From Macrostomum hystrix (Eukaryota > Animalia > Platyhelminthes), in contig CATNEN010000002.1 of NCBI GenBank assembly GCA_950097015.1, positions 4,402,001 to 4,466,000 of the forward strand: a stretch of DNA of 64,000 bases, in the 5' to 3' direction. A program made the translations under genes and the position numbers. Of the stretch, positions 12,699 through 25,705 are shown one piece after another; within the stretch, counting starts at the first letter, position 1, and the number at the start of each line of letters is the position of its first letter. The notes beneath the pieces were generated by a model. That model made no database searches. It saw only the letters and a list, made by a program, of their open reading frames with translations, and was not told the DNA's origin.

Positions 12699-13605
12699 GC
12701 TGCTGCTGCTGCTACTTTATCTACCAGTGCTACTGATGCTGCTGCTGCTTTTGCTTCTGCTGCCACTACTACTTTGCTTTTTCTGCTATCACGACTACTT
12801 CTACTTGTGCTGCTGCTTCCACTATTTTTACGGCTGCAGCTGTTGCTGCTGTCGTTGCTGCAGTCAATTCTATTATTACAATCGCTACAGCCTCAACTTC
12901 TTTGTGGCTATTATTCTAATATAAAAATATTACACAATCACAGTTGTATCATAGCAACTGCAATTACAAGCTGATGTTTTAATACCTACCTCTGTAGGTA
13001 ATTCAACTTTTCCCTAATTAAAATATATCGTCACCAGCGCTCATTTCTCAACTATGGGTGTGCCTTATCGTCGGATGTTTACAAGTGCAGAGTACAAGAT
13101 AAATCGCTTGGAACAACTAATGCCCTAATTCAGCTCGTGAGCGGAGTTAATTAATATTGGGATGCCGGATTAACTGTACACACTCCCAACCCGCAGGGAA
13201 ATCTGTGAGAGCTTGGTGCCAATGCATAGGTTTGGAATGGGGAATTGTTTGCCGAGCTGTAGACACAGTTTGTCACTCAGGCTGCAGTCTGGAGCAATGG
13301 GAGTCGCCATGAGGAGAAAGACCGAGAATGCCTGTGAAACTGTAGATGAAAGCCGAGAAGCGTATGGATTGGGACTTGTACTGGGGACGGGACGAAAGCT
13401 GGAAATTTATCTCGGCAATTTTAGTTTTTAGGCTAAAAAATTTCAACATGAAAGAAAAGCTATTTTCTAGTTCAAAAACCTAGAAAGTATGTTAAATAAA
13501 AAATTATAAGACGAATAGATCTAACTTCTGTTGACATGAGGATATTGTGTCTCGGTTAAATAATAGATCTAAAAATCTCACTAGAGTCTACACCTTATCC
13601 TTCCT

Positions 13606-13895
13606 GGGAGGTTGTAGCATTGTGGTTAGAGCGTCGGACTTACCACTTGAAGTTCGATTCCCGACTCCACTGGAACAATTAAGCAAGACACTTAACTCTG
13701 CATTGCTTCAGTTCACCCAGCTGTCAAATGAGTACCAGCATTAGCTGGGGTAATTGAGGATGGGTGTGGCGGCCCCCCAGTCCATGGACTGAACAGCTGT
13801 ACGCAGCCTATGGATGCGCTGCGCAATAGCTACGGCTGGGCTGCACATCTGGCCCAATTTGGGCAGGTGTATTCAATTATTGATTATTATTATTA
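13606..13895 (+). mobile_element. CORE-SINE family B copy
   Basis: Colinear with 7980-8295, including the B box, CORE segment and ATT tail. Confidence 0.9.
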
Positions 13896-13965
13896 CTCCT
13901 GTTCTATAGATTTCCTGTTGCCCGCCTAACTTGAGAATAGGCTCAAGATAGGAACTCGTACGCAC

Positions 13966-14418
13966 CCGCGCATCTTGAATGCCAACGATGTCGGATGACT
14001 CGCTGTCGTCCACCATGAAGGCAGCCAGGTTGGCGGTGTAGCTGGCGATGAAAACCAGACAGAAGATGGCGTACACATTCAGCAGGAACCTGGAGCTCCA
14101 GCACTTTGGCGATTTCGTCTGCACAGTGTGCGAGAACAGCACCGACCAGGTGAGGGTCAGGGCGCTCGGGAAGCCGAACACTCGGTCCCGGTTCCGACCC
14201 CGCGGCGTTTGGCCGAACGGACTCATCCATTCGTAAATGGCGGCGGCCACCGCGGCCAGTTGGACTGTGGAGAAAATGCACAACCAAGTCGTGGCGTCGA
14301 AGGGGTACAGAAAGCCCAGGCGGGTGGCGCGACCGCTGAGCTTCTCGGTCTTGTTGACAACGATAGATACGGACGTCTCCAGGTAGGGATCCGTCACCAG
14401 GAACTCGTCACGCCAGTC
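13966..14418 (-). CDS. NMDA-type iGluR exon: end of S1, M1, M2 pore loop, M3 (GluN3-like)
   Basis: PYLETSVSIVV...YPFDATTW...YEWMSPFGQTPRGRNRDRVFGFPSALTLTWSVLFSHTVQTKSPKCWSSRFLLNVYAIFCLVFIASYTANLAAFM. SYTANLAAF gate is intact, and the segment closely resembles GluN3 (YEWKSPFG.TPKGRNR, PKCW). GTGCGT donor at 13965. An alternative in-frame acceptor lies near 14461. Confidence 0.93.
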
Positions 14419-14464
14419 CTGTTTCGAGAAAATTATTGCTTTCTTCATAGTCCTACAGGACTGT

Positions 14465-14820
14465 TAATAATAATGCAGGAGGGCTGTGAGCTTCGGCACA
14501 TCATTCGGTGACACTTGACCCGCAGCCAGCGGGGAGGCCATTATACCTATTTCGCTGACTTCTGAGCACAAAAGCACACGGATACGGTACGCGGGCATAC
14601 GCTCATACAGGTGTGTACATCTGCCCTGACTTTCTAATCGTCAGACAGTGTATTCTCACTGTGCCTTGAAGGTTGGCCCTCAAGGGCGTAAATTTCACGA
14701 CAAGCCCCCAAGCCTTCTCTTCGAGGCTGCGCACCAAATGAATGTGGCCTCGCCGCGGAATCGAGCTCAGGGACCTTTGTGCGAGAGTCAAACCCGTTAG
14801 ACCACTCTGCCACTCACCCC
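14465..14820 (-). mobile_element. tRNA-derived SINE family A, full length
   Basis: Head GTGGCAGAGTGG (A box) and GCTCGATTCC (B box), shared body, 3' end CACAGCCCTCCTGCATTATTATT. Confidence 0.88.
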
Positions 14821-15676
14821 CTTCAGGACCGTTTGTGGATGACTTCAGTTTTTTGCGTAAGTTATATGCAATGTACTATAGCGTGATCGATTAAAGCATG
14901 GCTAAGTACTTCATTAGTCGAAGCATCTACCTATTCTCCTATTATTATTGTGCCTGGTAAATTCATCTCAGAACACGCAGAAATGCAGGTACCTATAATC
15001 TCATATTTTTTATGTATTTTTTATATATCTGAGAATAAGCACATTGTCTCAATGTTCCAAGACTAGAATATAAGATCTCTTGCCATTAGAATAAGCTATA
15101 GTTGCCATTAGCTTACAACCATAGCTAGTGTTGGATTCTATAATTCAGTTTTAGGCATCCGTAGAGGTTTACTGGCCATGTAGTTTTCAGTATCTGAGCA
15201 ATAAAGTTGTAAACTACCTCCCAGGTAATCGGAAACTCAATTGAATTAAGCCTTCACTAATACACGCGCAGCATATTGCTCTTAAATAACCCCTGAAAAA
15301 CTATATATTTATAGGGCCGCCAAACAGAAAGCCGCCCTATTCCTTGCCCACCCGGACCACTTTGCTGAATAGCTGAACAAATATCAATAACACTACATTA
15401 GAGCTTAATGCCTTGCGCTGCTTGATCACTTGAGCTCTTGTCTCTGAGCACTAATAGCTCTGCTCTGTAATTCTGTCTATAGATTTTTGAACGAGAATTG
15501 AAATAACAGATTAGATTACACTCAGATAGGTTTTAGCGCTACCGTCTGCAACCAAACTGGTTTGTTGTTTAACCAAATATTTGTATTCCAGTACCGTTAC
15601 TTGTCATTTTATCTTCGCGTGCAAAAGCTTCATCTTGAAATTCGTTTTAATGCGTCCAAAATCCGGCAAGACTCAC

Positions 15677-16397
15677 TTTGGAGCTGATGACCTTGGAGCC
15701 AATAGCCATGTTGGCGCGGCCGCTTCTTAGGCCCTCCATCATGCAGTTGGTCTCGGCCACGCTGATGTTTGGCCACACCGGATGCATCCGACGACCGATT
15801 CGACAGGCATCCTTTGCGAACACGCGCAGCTTCGGCGTTGAGATGATGTTGGGCATCTCCTTGCAGGCAGTGCGCTGCTGCGACAGCGACTCCTGGCTCA
15901 GCATCTTCTCGCACTGCAGCATCAGGGGAAATTCCACGCTGAGGAACAGGAAGTCAATGACGATGCCGAAGCAGCAGCGGGGACGCGGGTCCTGGGTGCC
16001 GTTGCGGTAGATCAGGTAGCACAGTCGGCCGTGCTTGCATTCCCAGCTGAAGTCGTCCGAGTTGGCGCTGTCCCTGCTGAACTCCTTCACCCGAATCAGC
16101 GGATCCTCTTCATTCAGGAGAATCTCCAAGTCCAGGTTGCGGTGCTCGACGCTCAGCCGGCCCCAGGTGTTAGCTGCCGACGATGTAGATGCGGCTGCGT
16201 AGGCCGAGGTCGCGTTCCAGTGAACGCGGAAGTCGTGCGCGAGTCGCCATACCAGGCGCGGCAGATCGTTCACGTTCAGATTAGGGTCTGGCAGGCTGAC
16301 GCCGTTCAGGAGCTTCTCCAAGTCGTGAAAGCACGTCGGCTTCTGCAGCTGCTCCCAGAGGCGCGGCCGGCAAAGGGACTCTGGGCAGGTGAAAAAT
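15677..16397 (-). CDS. NMDA-type iGluR exon: end of ATD and S1
   Basis: Contains PRCCFGIVIDFL and CMMEGLRSGRANMAIGS, the NMDA S1 motifs CC.G..ID.L and G.A.MA. CACAG acceptor and GTGAGT donor; phase fits the 111-bp upstream intron. Confidence 0.88.
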
Positions 16398-16508
16398 CTG
16401 TGGATGAAAGGTTTGCGAATTGCTAAAGTCTCGACTGAGCCAACATATCTATTCGTATCATTTTTCTACTCGAGCGGAGTTTAAGTGCAACCCTAGGGCT
16501 CGACTCAC

Positions 16509-17239
16509 TCCAGTGTGTGGTGGTAATGCTGCTGCAGGATCTCCCAGCAGGCCAATGGATCGTCCCAGCAATGGGCGGGCCGCACGGAAGTCGAGTTTCC
16601 CAGAGCGCCCAGACTCTCCTTCGCCATCAGAGCGTCGAACGCCCGGGCTAAATTTCGCGACGAATTGATGGCGTACTTCGACAGCACCGGAAAATTCACG
16701 TGCTCCAGTCTGAACAGGATCATCTGCAGCTGCTCGGAGAAGTACCACGACTGGTCCTTCTCGTTGTCATCCGGCTCCTCTCCTGGGCCAAACACGTGGC
16801 TGCTGAAGCTGCTGGTCAGGTATCGCAACTGTCTCTGGCCATCTGGACTGTCGATCAGCACATTGAAGGCGAACATATCAACGAACCCGAATAGGAAGGC
16901 GCGATTTCTGATGAGACCTCCAGGGAGCGTCTCGCGTTCGAGGTGGCCGCTGATGTTCGCCAGACTGACAGCCCGCTCAACTCGAAACAGGAAGTAGTGC
17001 TGCAACTGCAGGTCGTCATCGGTCCAATACGATCGATGCCTGTCCGAGTTCGGCTTGAACTCGTGGAACTGGCGCTCCAGCAGGTGACGCACTAGGAACT
17101 CCCTGACGAACAGGTAGCAGTCGGATAGGACAAGCGCCACTCGCTGAAAGATTTGCCTGTTCTCCTGCAGGTAGATTAGCAGGCTCTTGACGTAGTAGCA
17201 CTGTGGCTCGTCGATTTTTACGTAGCGAAACTCCCGACT
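16509..17239 (-). CDS. NMDA-type iGluR exon: amino-terminal domain
   Basis: Open frame SREFRYVKIDEPQCYYVKSLL...WEILQQHYHHTL(E). CCGCAG acceptor and GTGAGT donor; joins the next exon in frame. Confidence 0.8.
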
Positions 17240-17650
17240 CTGCGGATGTGGCAGGGTTGTCGGATTAATTGTAATATGCTTGGCTTTTTAACCACTTCTC
17301 TACGAAAGTACGAGTATCGTGTATCAAAGCTCGGTGATATCTTATCTTGCTTTACAAGAAGTGTTTGAAAGGCCAAATCTAGGCGCTAGCGCTGAGTTTC
17401 GCTAACGAGTTTGCCGAGACAGTCATTAATCAACTGTCGTGCCTATGACACGCGGCTAAAATATATTTTCGGCCGATCGATCTGTCAGGCGCTACAAACT
17501 TTCGCCATTTGCACAAATAGGCCGTGTGCAGGGGGACCAACGGTATCCCTGCTTTTAAAATTAGAAGTCGAGCGGTTGTGATAGATCCTCGTGAACTGTT
17601 TAGAACTTGTTTTATCGGTTTTGGAACGGTTTCGAAAACTGCCAGTGTCG

Positions 17651-17727
17651 CAATGGGTCAGCGTCACAATGGGTCAGCGTCACAATGGGTCAGGGTCTCA
17701 ATGGGTCAGGGTCTCAATGGGTCAGTG
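17651..17727. repeat. Short 16-bp tandem repeat (CAATGGGTCAGCGTCA), about 4.5 copies
   Basis: Directly visible. Confidence 0.85.
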
Positions 17728-18430
17728 TGCAATAATGCATATTAATTACAGCTAGCCCAGTGGGGCCAGGCGTGTATACCGCAGCTATTGCTCGGGCTAA
17801 CTGGCAAACTGACAGTTTTTTAATACCTGAGGGAAACGAAGCGATGAGAAATGCAAAATGTCTTGCTTCAGAGTAGAGATACGAACCCCGGACCTCTCAG
17901 TTAAAAGCTCCACTCCACGAGTCACTTGAAGTCACATAGGCTAAATTTTCATTATCTTGCGATATAGTTTGATAAAATTCTGTTTGTCAGCATTAACACA
18001 GGCCATGATGCCGGGCACAGGCTTACAAGGAGTTCAACATCCGATACTTTGATGACCGGCACAAAGTAAAAGCAAAAAAAATGAAAAGATGATCGAAGCA
18101 TTGCAGGCCCAGCTTGCCATGTCTCTCATTTCCAGTCTGGGGGCCTAAAAGCATGAAGCATCAAAACTGATAAGAAGTAGATGTTATGTGCCATCTACTC
18201 AGGTGCGATCTGAGAGCCTATGCGGGTCTATCCCGATTCCTACCCGATCTTAGACTCGGGCGATCCTTCTAACATAAATGCGGCTCGATCTAGATGTTGC
18301 TTATTCGTCAGTTCCGTTGAGATTTGACAATCATTTCTTCGCTGAATTTCAACCAATCGCCTTGAAAATCCTAAAAAGGCAAAAATTTTACCATAGGACG
18401 GCTTTGAAAGTTAGTTCATCGTTAAGGGCG

Positions 18431-18508
18431 GAAAATGTTGATCCATATGATGGAATTTCACGAAATATCGGTCATTCGGTTTGGGAGGTTTGGTGAAATA
18501 GGCAGCGG
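18431..18508 (+). repeat. Dispersed repeat fragment, second copy at about 38285-38362
   Basis: Both sites share GAAAA..TTGATCCATA...TCGGTCATTCGGTTTGGGAG.TTT.GTGAA.TAGGCAG. Confidence 0.75.
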
Positions 18509-18858
18509 GTATTTAAAATACCCTCCGTGGTCCTCTGTCACTTCACTGATACCCAACAAAACACACGTGCACCTGGTGAAGGCAAATGAAAGCCATCTAT
18601 AAAATTAGTCGCAGACACTTTTTTATTGAGGCTCAAACTTCTCAGGCGATCCACCTAAGTTAAAAATCCCGCTTTTTAGTTACCACTCCGACCTGATCCC
18701 CAAACGTACGCTTTCTCTCCTTTCACTTTAATTTTTGCCTCGCCATTTCACAACGCTATCTATCTAGGAGTGGACACAAGCAGATTTTTCAGACGCTAAA
18801 ATCATCTCAATTTCGACTCGGTCCATGCCAGCGAGTAAATATTGAATTAATCTCTTGC

Positions 18859-18984
18859 CTGTGAGGGGTGGTTGAGTCTGGCGCTATCTCCCGCGTTCCT
18901 GTTTGGGTGCTTGCACCCCAGAACCTGACGCCACAGCCAGGTGAACAGCTTCTCGTCCGCCTCGCAGAGATTTATTTTATTTTT
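18859..18984 (-). CDS. Candidate additional iGluR exon with GC donor
   Basis: 126 nt, phase 0/0, KNKINLCEADEKLFTWLWRQVLGCKHPNRNAGDSARLNHPSQ. TTTAG acceptor and CAG|GCAAG donor; it slots in frame between the flanking exons. Confidence 0.45.
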
Positions 18985-20529
18985 CTAAATTTTGATTTGA
19001 TGAAATTTATTTTCCGATTGGTGGAAAAAGTCGGACTGGTAAAATTTTTACGCGAGCGCAAGATGTACTTTCCAAGTGTGACAGTGTGATTTTTTCCCTG
19101 AAACTTCTTCCATCCTAGTCGGTGTTGGGCCGAAGTCATTGATGTTTAAATTGGCAGTATCAACCCTTTTAAATATATATTCAAAAATTTTAAATGCCTA
19201 ATAAAGACCAAAACATGGCAAACTCTAGTAATATTGTCGTCGAAAACATAGTCCATACTTAGACACCCTTAACGAAAGCGGCAGCAGCAACATCAAAGCT
19301 AATAAACTGGATGGGACCTCCACACAGACTCTAAGCCTGTGTAACCTGTATTATGTGTCTTTGAGGGTGATATTCGAACTCACAACCTCATATAGAATTT
19401 TTGGGCTAAATAAGCACACCCGACCAGACATTGCAACTGTCAACAGGTACAGATAGAAAAATAGGACATTGCCAAAATTTTTGTTGCATACTTATAATCT
19501 ACATCATAAGCTATTGATAAATATTTAGGCCTGTCTCCAGGTCACTCAAAATGCTTGCCAGTGTGAGTACTATTTTGAGCCGGATGTGTCAGAAGTATGC
19601 CAGAAATTTTTTATTGTTACAGTAAAGTCATAAATATCACCCTAGCCTCTCTCTACCACTCTCGCGTCAGTTCTTTGGCAAGCAATGACCAACATTGTGC
19701 GGAGTGTTATAAAACATTGCCTAGAAAGTATGAACGTTGCATTTTCTCCATGCTAAAGTTTGACGTTGCTTGGCTTGTATGCGAGCAAGTTTTCCACTTT
19801 GTAGGGCTCACAGTTAGTTGGAAGGTATAAGTGGGGAGGTCTTAGCCGTTACTAATGGCAACGAAAAAATAAGACTATAGCATTAGAATCATAATATATG
19901 TACGAGCTATTCAAAGAATTTTATTGTAAATGTCGATTGATAAGACTATTATTTAGAAGGCCAGTTGACTGAGTATGACTCGCATTGAAGCTGTCAAATG
20001 TCTGAAATAGTTTTAGACCAATAATATTGAACGTAGAAGTCATGAGTACACATGTTCTAACAAAAGTGCTTCGGAACTCGTGCATATACAAAGTTTGCAC
20101 TACTAGGTCTGACACAGGTCTGACACGATTGACACAGATGAACACAGCTATTCAGTGCCTGCATTGTTTGACGGACTTAACTCGGAAACAGGTGGCAGTG
20201 TTGGACAGTGGATTCCGTTTCTGGCTCACATAGAGGACTCAAACTGCTTCTTTGAGCCAATGCGCTCAAAACCCCACTGGCCTGAATCGGTATGCACTAG
20301 AGCTCTCGGCTAGGGAATACGTTGAATAAAATTCAGCCTTTTCAGATGCATCTTAATATTGAAGTACCAGAGTAATGTGCATTACAACTGCTAGTAATTC
20401 AAATGCTCAATCTATGTGACAAACAATGTCGCAAAACTAAAAGGTGTGTCAAGTATTTCAGGGCGAGCAGAATAATTAAAAAAGGACACATTTTTTTCTT
20501 ACGATTGTAGAGTCTTCACAAGAGTCAAC

Positions 20530-23300
20530 GACGAATACAATAATCTTCACGAGATTCAAAGACGGAGATAGAATAATCCTCATGAGAATCAAAGACGGAG
20601 ATAGAATCCTCATGAGAGTCAAAGACGGAGATAGAATAATCCTCATGAGAATCAAAGACGGAGATAGAATAATCCTCATGAGAATCAAAGACGGAGATAG
20701 AATAATCCTCACGAGAATCAAAGACGGGATGGAATAATCCTCACGAGATTCAAAGACGGAGATAGAATAATCCCCATGAGAGTCAAAGACGGAGATAGAA
20801 TAATCCCCATGAGAATCAAAGACGGAGACAGAATAATCCCCATGAGAATCAAAGACGGAGATAGAATAATCCCCATGAGAGTCAAAGACGGAGATAGAAT
20901 AATCCCCATGAGAATCAAAGACGGAGACAGAATAATCCCCATGAGAATCAAAGACGGAGATAGAATAATCCTCATGAGAATCAAAGACGGAGATAGAATA
21001 ATCCCCATGAGAATCAAAGACGGAGATAGAATAATCCTCATGAGATTCAAAGACGGAGATAGAATAATCCCCATGAGATTCAAAGACGGAGAAAGAATAA
21101 TCCTCATGAGAATCAAAGACGGAGAAAGAATAATCCTCATGAGAATCAAAGACGGAGATAGAATAATCCCCATGAGAATCAAAGACTGAGATAGAATAAT
21201 CCTCATGAGAATCAAAGACGGAGAAAGAATAATCCTCATGAGAATCAAAGACGGAGATAGAATAATCCCCATGAGAATCAAAGACTGAGATAGAATAATC
21301 CTCATGAGAATCAAAGACGGAGAAAGAATAATCCTCATGAGAATCAAAGACGGAGATAGAATAATCCTCACGAGAATCAAAGACGGGATAGAATAATTCT
21401 CATGAGATTCAAAGACGGAGATAGAATAATCCTCACGAGAATCAAAGACGGTGATAGAATAATCCTCATGAGAATCAAAGACGGAGATAGAATAATCCTC
21501 ATGAGAATCAAAGACGGAGACAGAACAATCCTCACGAGATTCAAAGACGGAGATAGAATAATCCTCACGATAATCAAAGACGGAGATAGAATAATCCTCA
21601 TGAGAATCAAAGACGGAGATAGAATAATCCCCATGAGAATCAAAGACGGGATAGAATAATCCTCACGATAATCAAAGACGGAGATAGAATAATCCTCATG
21701 AGATTCAAAGACGGAGATAGAATAATCCTCACAAGAGTCAAAGACGGAGATAGAATAATCCTCACGAGAATCAAAGACGGAGATAGAATCCTCATGGGAG
21801 TCAAAGACGGAGATAGAATAATCCTCACGATAATCAAAGACGGAGATAGAATAATCCTCATGAGAATCAAAGATGGAGATAGAATAATCCTCATGAGAAT
21901 CAAAGACGGAGATAGAATAATCCTCACGAGAGTCAAAAACGGAGATAGAATAATCCTCAAGAGAATCAAAGACGGAGATAGATTAATCCCCATGAGATTC
22001 AAAGACGGAGATAGAATAATCCTCACGAGATTCAAAGACGGAGATAGAATAATCCCCATGAGAGTCAAAGACGGAGATAGAATAATCCCCGTGAGAGTCA
22101 AAGACGGAGATAGAATAATCCCCGTGAGATTCAAAGACGGAGTTAGAACAATCCTCATGAGAATCAAAGACGGAGATAGAATAATCCTCATGAGAATCAA
22201 AGACGGAGATAGAATAATCCTCACGAGATTCAAAGACGGAGATAGAATAATCCCCATGAGAGTCAAAGACGGAGATAGAATAATCCCCGTGAGAGTCAAA
22301 GACGGAGATAGAATAATCCCCGTGAGATTCAAAGACGGAGTTAGAACAATCCTCATGAGAATCAAAGACGGAGATAGAATAATCCTCACGAGAATCAAAG
22401 ACGGGATAGAATAATCCTCACGATAATCAAAGACGGAGATAGAATAATCCTCATGAGAATCAAAGACGGAGATAGAATAATCCCCATGAGAATCAAAGAC
22501 GGGATAGAATAATCCTCACGATAATCAAAGACGGAGATAGAATAATCCTCATGAGAATCAAAGACGGAGATAGAATAATCCTCATGAGAATCAAAGACGG
22601 AGACAGAATAATCCTCATGAGAATCAAAGACGAATATAGAATAATCCTCATGAGAATCAAAGACGGAGATAGAATAATCCTCATGAGAATCAAAGATGGA
22701 GATAGAATAATCCTCATGAGAATCAAAGACGGAGATAGAATAATCCTCACGAGAGTCAAAGACGGAGATAGAATAATCCTCACGAGAATCAAAGACGGAG
22801 ATAGAATAATCCTCATGAGAGTCAAAGACGGAGATAGAATAATCCTCATGAGATTCAAAGACGGAGAAAGAATAATCCTCACGATAATCAAAGACGGTGA
22901 TAGAATAATCCTCACGAGAATCAAAGACGGAGACAGAATAATCCTCACGAGAATCAAAGACGGAGATAGAATAATCGTCACGAGAATCAAAGACGGAGAT
23001 AGAATAATCCTCACGAGAATCAAAGACGGAGATAGAATAATCCCCATGAGAATCAAAGACGGAGATAGAATATTCCTCATGAGAGTCAAAGACGGAGATA
23101 GAATAATCCTCATGAGATTCAAAGACGGAGAAAGAATAATCCTCATGAGATTCAAAGACGGAGAAAGAATAATCCTCACGAGAATCAAAGACGAATATAA
23201 TAGAATCTTCACGAGATTCAAAGACGATTATAGAAAAATCCCACATGAGAATCAAAGAAGAAGACGAAAACATCCTCACGAGAATCAAAGACGGAGACAG
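20530..23300. repeat. 33-bp minisatellite (GAGAATCAAAGACGGAGATAGAATAATCCTCAT) in the first iGluR intron
   Basis: About 80 monomers with recurring 1-bp and 3-bp deletion variants. The MRIKDGDRIIL ORFs are artefacts. Confidence 0.97.
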
Positions 23301-23398
23301 AATAATCATCATACGAACCAATGACGTGTGGAGAACTGCGTTAGATTTCCATGGGCTATCGAAGATGAGAACAGTGCTCAGGAGAACGCCAAGCTCAC

Positions 23399-23920
23399 CA
23401 GTTCAGCCCCATATGGCAGACTTGGCTGCATTCCGTAGCCAATGCACACAAGTCTCAGCTGGTTGCACACCAGCACCAGCTCAGGCGACAGCGTTGGCGA
23501 GTAGATCACCGCGACTCTCCGGCTGTCATTGGTCTCTGACTCGCGAATCAGGTTCACAAGCGCCAACAGATCTCGAGTGTCGGTGCCCAATTTCTCAACC
23601 ACCTCCAGGTAGTTTTCCTGGTACCGCAGATCGCCTTTCAGTTTGTGCAGGTAAACGTCGAATACGCTTGTGACCTTGAAGTAGCTCTGAGGCATTCTTC
23701 GTGCAGCCACGGGTCGCTTGGGATCCATAATTAGCAAGGCTTTTAATTTGGGCAGCGGCTGGCCTTCCACAGAGGCGAGCTTTGCAGAGAGGCCGGATGT
23801 CGCCGGCAAGAGCAGAAGCAGCAGAGTCAGCAACAGTAGCGGCAACAGCGACGCCGTCGACAGCGATGTATGACTTCCTCCGAGAAGCGGCTGCTGACAG
23901 CGAGGTCCCGACGGGTCCAT
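23399..23920 (-). CDS. First coding exon of the NMDA-type (GluN3-like) receptor, signal peptide and start of ATD
   Basis: ATG followed by the hydrophobic run LLPLLLLTLLLLLLPATSG, then a globular sequence and a GTGAGC donor in phase 0. Linkage to the downstream exons is inferred from strand, phase and domain order. Confidence 0.75.
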
Positions 23921-24228
23921 TGGAAGACCCTGGAGGGCTTTCTGTGCTTACTCTACTCTCTCTTTCACTTTCTATTTCTCTGCGTTAACTCAGCTCTTTC
24001 TGTCTGCCGGTCCGCGATAATCAATTTGGCGATCAATGATCTGTCCCCCGCTGCCCGTCTCGCTCTGTCTCTAGCTCCCCGCTTCTGCCGGTGGCTCCTT
24101 AAGAAGACGGCGGTGCTGTCTCTTACAGTGTTTAAATACCGTAATAGTGTTTTTCTCTTTCTGTGGGGCAAATCGCCGCCTTCGATCTGGCAATGGGGGA
24201 AGCGAGAGTAAAAAAAATCTGAATTCGA

Positions 24229-24253
24229 GCGAGAGAGAGAGAGAGAGAGAGAA
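24229..24253. repeat. (GA)n microsatellite upstream of the iGluR start codon
   Basis: Directly visible. Confidence 0.9.
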
Positions 24254-25389
24254 ATCAGGAGGGGTAAAAGAAAGAGGAAAAATAGAGCTAGTGGTCTTTT
24301 AAAATAGGCAATGGCAACAGCAGCAGCAGCCGCTGTCGATGAAGCAGTGGTCTTCGAAAACTCAGCCAACCATGGCCCGTTGACCGCTTCGGCTCCCCTC
24401 CCTGGCCAGACGAACCAATCAGCGAGCTGCAAGTTGACAAATCTGCCCTGCCATGCCACAACTCTCTGTATCTTCTCGCCCATTCCCGCTCTACCCTCAC
24501 TCCTCTATCATTCAGGTTTCGATTTACTTTTACAAGTGGCCACAGGGTGGAGCAGCGGTCCAGACGGTTGAGAGCTCGAGTTGATGAAAACGGCCCCGCG
24601 ATGTGGATGGGAAATCGGAGAATTCTGCCAGACTGGAGGATTCTGACAGACTTCACTGACGCTGTGGTTAAAATGGGAATTAGAGCGATACGATGGTGAA
24701 TCAAACAGACACAATACAATGTTACAATGACTACAATGTTAATATAGTGAAGAAGACAAATGAGAAAAGTGGGGAGATGAGAGTGGATGAGAGAACGGAG
24801 GACACAGGGGGAGGCAGTGGAGGAGACAGCCGAGAAGGCAGTGAAGGAGGCAATGGAGGTGGCTGGAGGGCAGTGGATGAGACAGCGGAGGAGACAGCGG
24901 AGAAGGCAGTGGGGCGGTGGAGGAGGCAGCGAAGGAGGCAGCGGAGGAGGCAGCGGAGGAGAGAGCGGAAAAAATGCTGCACTTTTATTTTAAACTTCGA
25001 GTATAGAATTGAAAGCCAAATGTTGAAACGATCGAACTGTTAGAACTAATATTATTCTTGGAATTGAGAAAACCGTAACAAATATTCTTAGGTTTATTCT
25101 AACATCAGCAGCAAGCTAGCTGCCACAAACTCGCTCAATTTCTTTCTTCTTGTTTCATTTCTCCGTTCTCAGTTTCCGTCTCTGTTGAGCCTACTCTCCC
25201 TCAGGCTCTTCAGCGCCAAAGCTGCTCACGTCTCACAACTGGGAAATCAAACTTGCCATGCACTTACTGCATTTCTTCATCAACAGCCTCCTACTCACTG
25301 CCCCTGAGGACTTGTGACAATTTCGCATTTGAACTACAAAGTCACCCAGTCCGTTCGTAGCAAACTGTAGCAGCAGAAGGAGCAGCAAC

Positions 25390-25705
25390 GGGGTGAGTGG
25401 CGGAGCGGTCTAACGCGTTTGACTCTCGCACCAAGGTCCCTGAGCTCGATGCCACAGCCAGGCCTCATTTATTTGGGCGCAGCAGCCGAGAGAGTGCTTG
25501 GAAGCTTGTCGTGCAATTTACGCCATCGATACTGGCTGAAGATGAGATGAAGATCAGGGCAGATGTACACACCTGTGTGAGCGTGTACCTGTGTACGGTA
25601 TCTGTGTGCGTGTGTGCTCAGTAGTCAGGAGTGTGCTGGCTGCGGGTCGAGTGTCACCAAACGATGTGCCATTGCCCACAGCCCTCCTGCAATTTTTATT
25701 AGCAT
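25390..25705 (+). mobile_element. tRNA-derived SINE family A copy
   Basis: GTGGCGGAGCGG A box, GCTCGATGCC degenerate B box, shared body and 3' end CACAGCCCTCCTGCAATT. Confidence 0.85.

Noticed and set aside
10078-12766. Numerous ORFs overlapping or antisense to the LINE ORF
   Set aside because: Shadow ORFs of GC-rich coding sequence; the same applies to those over 27741-33025 and 38326-40268.
20476-23324. MRIKDGDRIIL / RIILSPSL repeat ORFs
   Set aside because: 33-bp minisatellite with frequent frame-breaking indels, lying within an intron.
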